Shown: positions 58,681 through 64,000 of the stretch, in pieces
Layout: each line of letters begins with the position of its first letter
How positions within the stretch are numbered: the stretch's first letter is position 1
Origin: Macrostomum lignano
Lineage: Eukaryota
Direction: 5' to 3'
DNA: 64,000 nucleotides
NCBI GenBank assembly: GCA_002269645.1
Contig: NIVC01001135.1
Location: 186,001 to 250,000, forward strand
Notes under the pieces: model-generated
Told to the model about the DNA's origin: nothing
Databases searched by the model: none
The model's input: the letters and a program-made list of their open reading frames with translations, nothing else
Made by a program: the position numbers and the translations under genes

Positions 58681-61219
58681 ACGTAAGCACGGATGTAGGG
58701 CGGCAAACTTGCTGAAAAAGAAAGAATGGCTTTTCATTAAATATATATTTAACGTTTTCTACCCAGTGAGCTTATAATTGGTTCGTATTCCTCTAGTGCA
58801 CTTATGTACGCACTATCACTGTCTAAAAACAGAAATTCTGCTGTTCTTGCATGCACATTGAGTGTCAGGTCGTTTGTCTACCACATTGTAGTGAGAGTGT
58901 ATTTTCTAGGATGTTTCGCCACAATACTATAGTATGCACGCATGCCGTCTACAAAGCGGCTGCTTTTCCTACCACCCTATACCCCTGCGCAGCACTTTAG
59001 TAGTCAATGTGGCATTTATGAGCCGGCAGAGGGGCAGACGGGAAGAGAGTAAACCTGCAGCGATGAAGCCGCATTAACATTTAAACAGTATAAGCTTTAT
59101 TTTGTAGCCCTCACCTACCAAGGCATTTCAACCTCTATATTGCAGAAAGAACAGCTCGCAGATGCTGCTGTACGAGCGAAACAGACGTAGACAAGTGGAG
59201 TATTTAGTACAGTTTGGAAAACAATTTGCAGTACACTTCACAGTACACCGAGTGTACGTGTAGTGGCGGAGAACTTCCCTCCGATTTTGCAATGCACTTA
59301 TGCGGCGGCAATCAAAAGCATTTTGAAGCAACTTCTATGCTGGTATTGCTATTTACTTTGCAAATTAACTGACCAGCGCGGCCCTACAAAATATAATCCC
59401 CGTCTTATTGCAATCAATAATATATAGTTTTTTTTATTCCTGCCATTGCAGGACAACTACGTCATATATAGTTAAAGCGGAAAATGCAAATAATTTTTCT
59501 CTGCAAAATTGCATCAGCTATAAATTATGGGGGGGGTTTGTTTTTAACAATTGACTCAAATGAAGCAACAAGTATTTATTTTGCAACTCAGGAGTAAGAG
59601 CTCAGGCTCAGAGCATGAGCAGCTGCTCAAAGCTGAGCAATTACTCTGAGTCTAAGCAAGTGCTCGTTGTCACTATGAATAATGAAAAAAAACTTGCACT
59701 CTGTGCTCTTGCTCAGACTGCCTGAGCTAGAGCTCAGTTTGGTTTGGCCATAGACTTGGCATCCCGGGCATAAGGAAGTTTTTAATGAAGGCTTAATGAG
59801 GGCTAGTTTTTGCACCTCATGCCTTCATATGATTTGGCAAGCACTTTTCAAGAAATGTTACCGCGGAGACTGAAAAGGCTGAAAACTGAAAAATTCCTAT
59901 GTCAATAATGCATTTTGCAGCAAAACTTATGAATTTACTCGATCTGTGAGTGCGACGTCCAACTTTAGCCATGGTTTTTGAGTCGAGCTAAGCTTAGAGA
60001 AACAAGATAAGATAAGAGCATTGAATAGAAAGCGATTGGGATGGGCAGTGCGGACTGAAATGCCAGTGTGAGACGCCAGATAGCTTGAACGGTAAAGTAA
60101 TGTATAGGGCTGAGAAATAGTGAGAACTTAGATTGAGACGGAATTATAGGGAGTGTACTATTATATCAATAGTTTCTCCTATTTAGCTAAATTGTGTTAT
60201 GACACATCATGCTAAAATTGCGGCGATATGTATATACAATTTGTACCTTTCGATGTGTAAATACTTTGGCAGCAGGGAGCTTTTGGGACGCTGGCGCAAA
60301 TCAAGGCGACATGTAGAGTAGCAGTAGGCTCCCATCCCGTGCTGGGACCCCCACCCCCCACCGCTATATTGTCCCCACTCGGATTAACCTGAGGCATCTA
60401 GTAAGCGGGAGAGGCGGTAGAGGTGGGCTTTCGCCCCAACCGCCGGCCCCCAAGTCCCGCGCTGTCGTTTCCTATCCTTCTCTCCCATGGTCCACTGGCA
60501 TGGGCCATGCTTGCAGGGACTCAACCGAGGGAATAGGCCGTATGAATAAACTAAGCAAATGCTCAAACTCAAGCAAATGCTCAGGTCAGTAAGAATAAGC
60601 ATTAACAAGCATTAAGCTTTAATTAAGCATTAATAAGCTGTAACCATTGCCCTCTCAGATCCTGGCTGCTTCGCAAAGCATATCGCTGGTTCCAGGGGAA
60701 ATCCGTAGCTGTGATAGGAATCGCATCTATGAGTACCCCGCTTTTACTCAGGACAGATTCAGCTACTCAAGGGTATCTGCTCATCCACATCTAAGGGCTA
60801 CTACAGCCGGACGAGCGAGCGTCCGAGCGACCATCCACCTCATGGACTCTCCGGAGGGGTCCGCGCAGCGGACATGCACCGGCACCATTGGATCTCTTGG
60901 GCGACACCGCAGCACTCGCTGCAGCTGTGCTCGCAGGGGTTAGCGAAATTGATGGTTGATGCCTCTCCCCGCTGCATCCAGATGTCCAGCCCCCACCACG
61001 GGATTTTGTAAGACCTGAATTTCACAATGTCTAAAAGTTCAGCGCCTAAAGTTTATAGCGCCTAATTACATAATACTTTATAGCTTAAATGTCACCTGTG
61101 TCGGGCATCGTTACTAAAGGTCTTGTGCTGTAAAGTGGCGTGCTAGTTTGATCTCATGCAATGCAAATTAGACTAAAGAACAATAGAGGCTCAGACGACT
61201 TCAACCTACGGCATCAAAT

Positions 61220-61548
61220 CAGGGGCGTAGCCAGAGGGGGGCAAGGGGGGCCGCGGCCCCCCAATCACCAACTCTGGCCTTGGCGCCCCCCCCCCAGAAC
61301 TGCGCTTTGCCGCCCCTTTGGAAATGCTGCCGCTTTTTTGGCGCCCCCCCCCGAGAAACTGGCGCCCCCCCCCTTATAAAGAAACTGCCCCCCCCTCTAT
61401 AAAGAAACTGGCAGCCCCCCCCCTAAAAGAAACTGGCGCCCCCCCCCAATTAAGAAACTGGCAGTCCTCCCCCCTATAAAGAAACTGGCGGCCCTAAAAG
61501 AAACTAGCGCCCCCCCTCCCCCAATCAAAATTCCTGGCTACGCCCCTG
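61220..61548. mobile_element. hAT-like MITE, 15-bp TIR CAGGGGCGTAGCCAG, 8-bp TSD, internal AAAGAAACTGGCGCCCC repeats
   Basis: TSD CATCAAAT at 61212-61219 and 61549-61556. Confidence 0.88.
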
Positions 61549-61568
61549 CATCAAATATATAATAAATA

Positions 61569-62930
61569 CTTCGGGTGTGTCGTAAGTAATGTCACTGCAT
61601 GTCTCTGTCAAAAGCATGTAGGCATATGCACTTGTGGGCAGTGCAGCTGCAAAGTATACTTAGTGAAGCAATACCAGTGTATTTGAGACGTGTATCGGAT
61701 GTTTATGGTCCAACTTATCGCAAGAATTCGATATGCAGATTTAGCAAGCGCAACGCGGTGAAAAATCGTCTATGCATCGAACAAATATCAACATGAATCA
61801 CGATAAGACGCACATTCAGTTCTACGCTTTCGTTCGTTTTAAGCTTGGAAAATCTGCAGCAGAAGTAAAGGAAGATCTCCGGATCACAATGCCAGACAGC
61901 TGCCCAACTCGCAGGACAATTTACAGGTGGTTCCAGGACTTCAGTAATCCTGGGTTTGAATTGGGAGATGCCACCAGGTCTGGCCGACCATGCTCAACCA
62001 GGACAACAGAGAACATCGATGTCATCAGCGATCTGGTCAAGGAAGACCCACGGCAGTCTGTCAGGGAGCTAGCGGACTGTTTGGAGATTGATTTCAAGAC
62101 AGTCCATCGCATCCTGACAGAGGATCTCCATCTCCGCAGTGTCTGCTCAGTCTGGGTGCCCTACGATCTCACTGCAGACCAACGACAGGCTCGTGTGAAC
62201 TGCGCCAAGCAGATCCGCAAGGTGTTCAGCAGCCGGGGCTTGAATGACATCCTAAACTGCCTGGTTGTTGAGGATGAAACCTGGCTCCACCTGGATGGCA
62301 AGGGCAGCAAGGCAGACAATCGCTGCTGGCTGGGAGCTGGGGACTCCAAGGCGACCGTGACCAGGAGGTCCATCTCGGACAAGAAGACCATGCTGCTGGT
62401 AGCCTTCACGCCAAACAAACGAGTCTCCATCTGCACAACTCCACCGAACACCAAGGTCGATGGCCAGTATTTTATCGACTTTGTCCGGCACACTGGGGAC
62501 CTCTGGCGCACTCTCCGGTCAAATCCATGTCACCTGGACGAGGTGCTGTGGCAGATGGACAACGCAAGGCCTCACACCTGTAAGGCTGTTTCGGATTTTC
62601 TGGCTGGACGTCGAGTGAATCTGCTCTGGCAGAGTCCCTACAGCCCGGACTTCAATTTGTGCGACAGATTCCTGTTCAAATGGCTGAAGGCTGACTTTTC
62701 CAAGAGGAGTTTTGCAAACCATGAAGAGGTCAAACAGCTGCCGCGTTGCACTGGTTCCGGCAGCTGGAGGAAAAACACCTGCAGGCTGAGGTGGAGAAGC
62801 TGTACGAGCACTGCGAGAGAGTGATTGATGTTGGGGGACACTATGTTGTTGATTGATACATTTTTGTTCATCTGCCATTGCAAGTTCGTCTGTTTTTACA
62901 TCAGTGACATTACTTATGACACACCCGAAG
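61569..62930 (+). mobile_element. Mariner transposon, 1362 bp, 29-bp TIRs, TA TSD
   Basis: CTTCGGGTGTGTCGTAAGTAATGTCACTG and its reverse complement (1 mismatch); TA at 61567-61568 and 62931-62932. Confidence 0.95.
61793..62857 (+). CDS. DD34D mariner transposase with a 1-bp frameshift near the C-terminus
   Basis: WVPYDLT, DETW, DNARPH, YSPDFNLCD (34 residues between the last two Asp). After EEVK the natural tail ...ALHWFRQL...CERVIDVGGHYVVD-stop lies in another frame. Confidence 0.9.
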
Positions 62931-64000
62931 TACCTGCATGAATACCTGAAATCGAACCAATTAAGTTCCTTTGTCAGACGAGAAATTAAACGGTCTAAAC
63001 TCTAAGCTCGAAAAAGCAAATAATTAAAAATCCTTATTTTTTACTATACACTAACTATTCAGGATAGCAACTCACCCAGCCGTTTTTTGTAAATTATCCT
63101 ATAGTTGCCGCTCAATAAATGTAGTGATTTCTCGCATCCGAGCAAACAATGGGAAGAAAAGCCTTGAATGATGTTTCATTTGAAAATTAAGATTACTTTT
63201 TCTTCTAAATGATGGAAATGCTAGTGTTTCAAAAAATTAGTTAAGTGCCTATATTGATTGCTGAATTGAAGTTACTATGGATAATTTGTAAAGTATTTTT
63301 ATGTATCAATTGAATCTCCGCACTTTTTATGATATCCGGCGTTCTTGAAAATTGTTGTTATTATTTAGTCAGTATTTATTCAATAGTAAGTTTCCTATTT
63401 CCGCGATACCTACTGCATGTACGTACTTACTTTACTACTTTTGTTTTACTGTATGTTAATTCCTATCGTATTTGAAACGCGACATGCGCTGTGTTTGACC
63501 AGTGTTAGGGTTTTTTCTAGGCGCTGTAGTTGTTGTTGAGTAGCGTAGTTTCCAGAATTCAAGTAGATCCAGTTTAAATAATAATTAACCTAATTACTTT
63601 TATTACAAATAGATTTTACAAATAAATATGAACTAAATTAAGGCGCATTGCACCCACCAAACAAGGACGCATTCATTCATCCGTCTGTCATCACAACGAA
63701 TATTCTTTTTGAATTGTTTGACTTCAAGAAGTTTATTTTACAAATTTGTAATTCAATTGCACGCCACAACGGAATGTTTCTAAAACAGCGGTCAATCAAA
63801 AATTGAAGTATAAAAATATTTCTACGTAAAATTATTAATTTATTTTATTAAGCTTTCTGTTTCTACAGTTACAAAATATGATACAAAATAAAACTTTAAG
63901 ACTAAAAAAGCGAAATTAGTTATCGCACGCCAAAAACGAATATTCAATAAATTTCAAAACCTTAGCATAATGATGGCTTTCAGAGAACGAGCTCACACGA

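Noticed and set aside
60210-61010. GC-rich structured stretch resembling a LINE 5' end or LTR, with a hairpin near 60410-60445
   Set aside because: I could not fit an HDV, hammerhead or twister core, and no coding motif or termini were found.

Overview
Eukaryotic (metazoan) genomic DNA. GC-rich exons, 35-bp introns, minisatellite-filled introns and splice acceptors just upstream of start codons suggest a free-living flatworm such as Macrostomum; this is inference, not verified. 0.8-7.4 kb: a four-layer stack of nested non-LTR retrotransposons. Its core is an Ingi-like LINE (candidate HDV-like ribozyme, 2A/StopGo motif, 2 PHD fingers, APE, RT, RNase H) sitting in the (AAC)n tail of an RTE fragment and interrupted by an antisense RNase H LINE. 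7.8-9.5 kb: a Tc1 relic and a small secreted Cys-rich protein gene. 10.5-25.5 kb: a compact co-oriented minus-strand cluster POLRMT > CTU1 > RPL15 in which most introns and both spacers carry their own minisatellite; CTU1 has no evident genomic start codon and POLRMT appears to lack the specificity loop. 27-48 kb: MITEs and two near-identical 4.85-kb foldback elements (524-bp TIRs) bracketing a basigin-like gene and a DUF4062-NACHT gene. 48-64 kb: RTE fragments, an IAP-like gene, MITEs and a DD34D mariner. All calls were made by eye from the sequence and ORF track; no searches were run.
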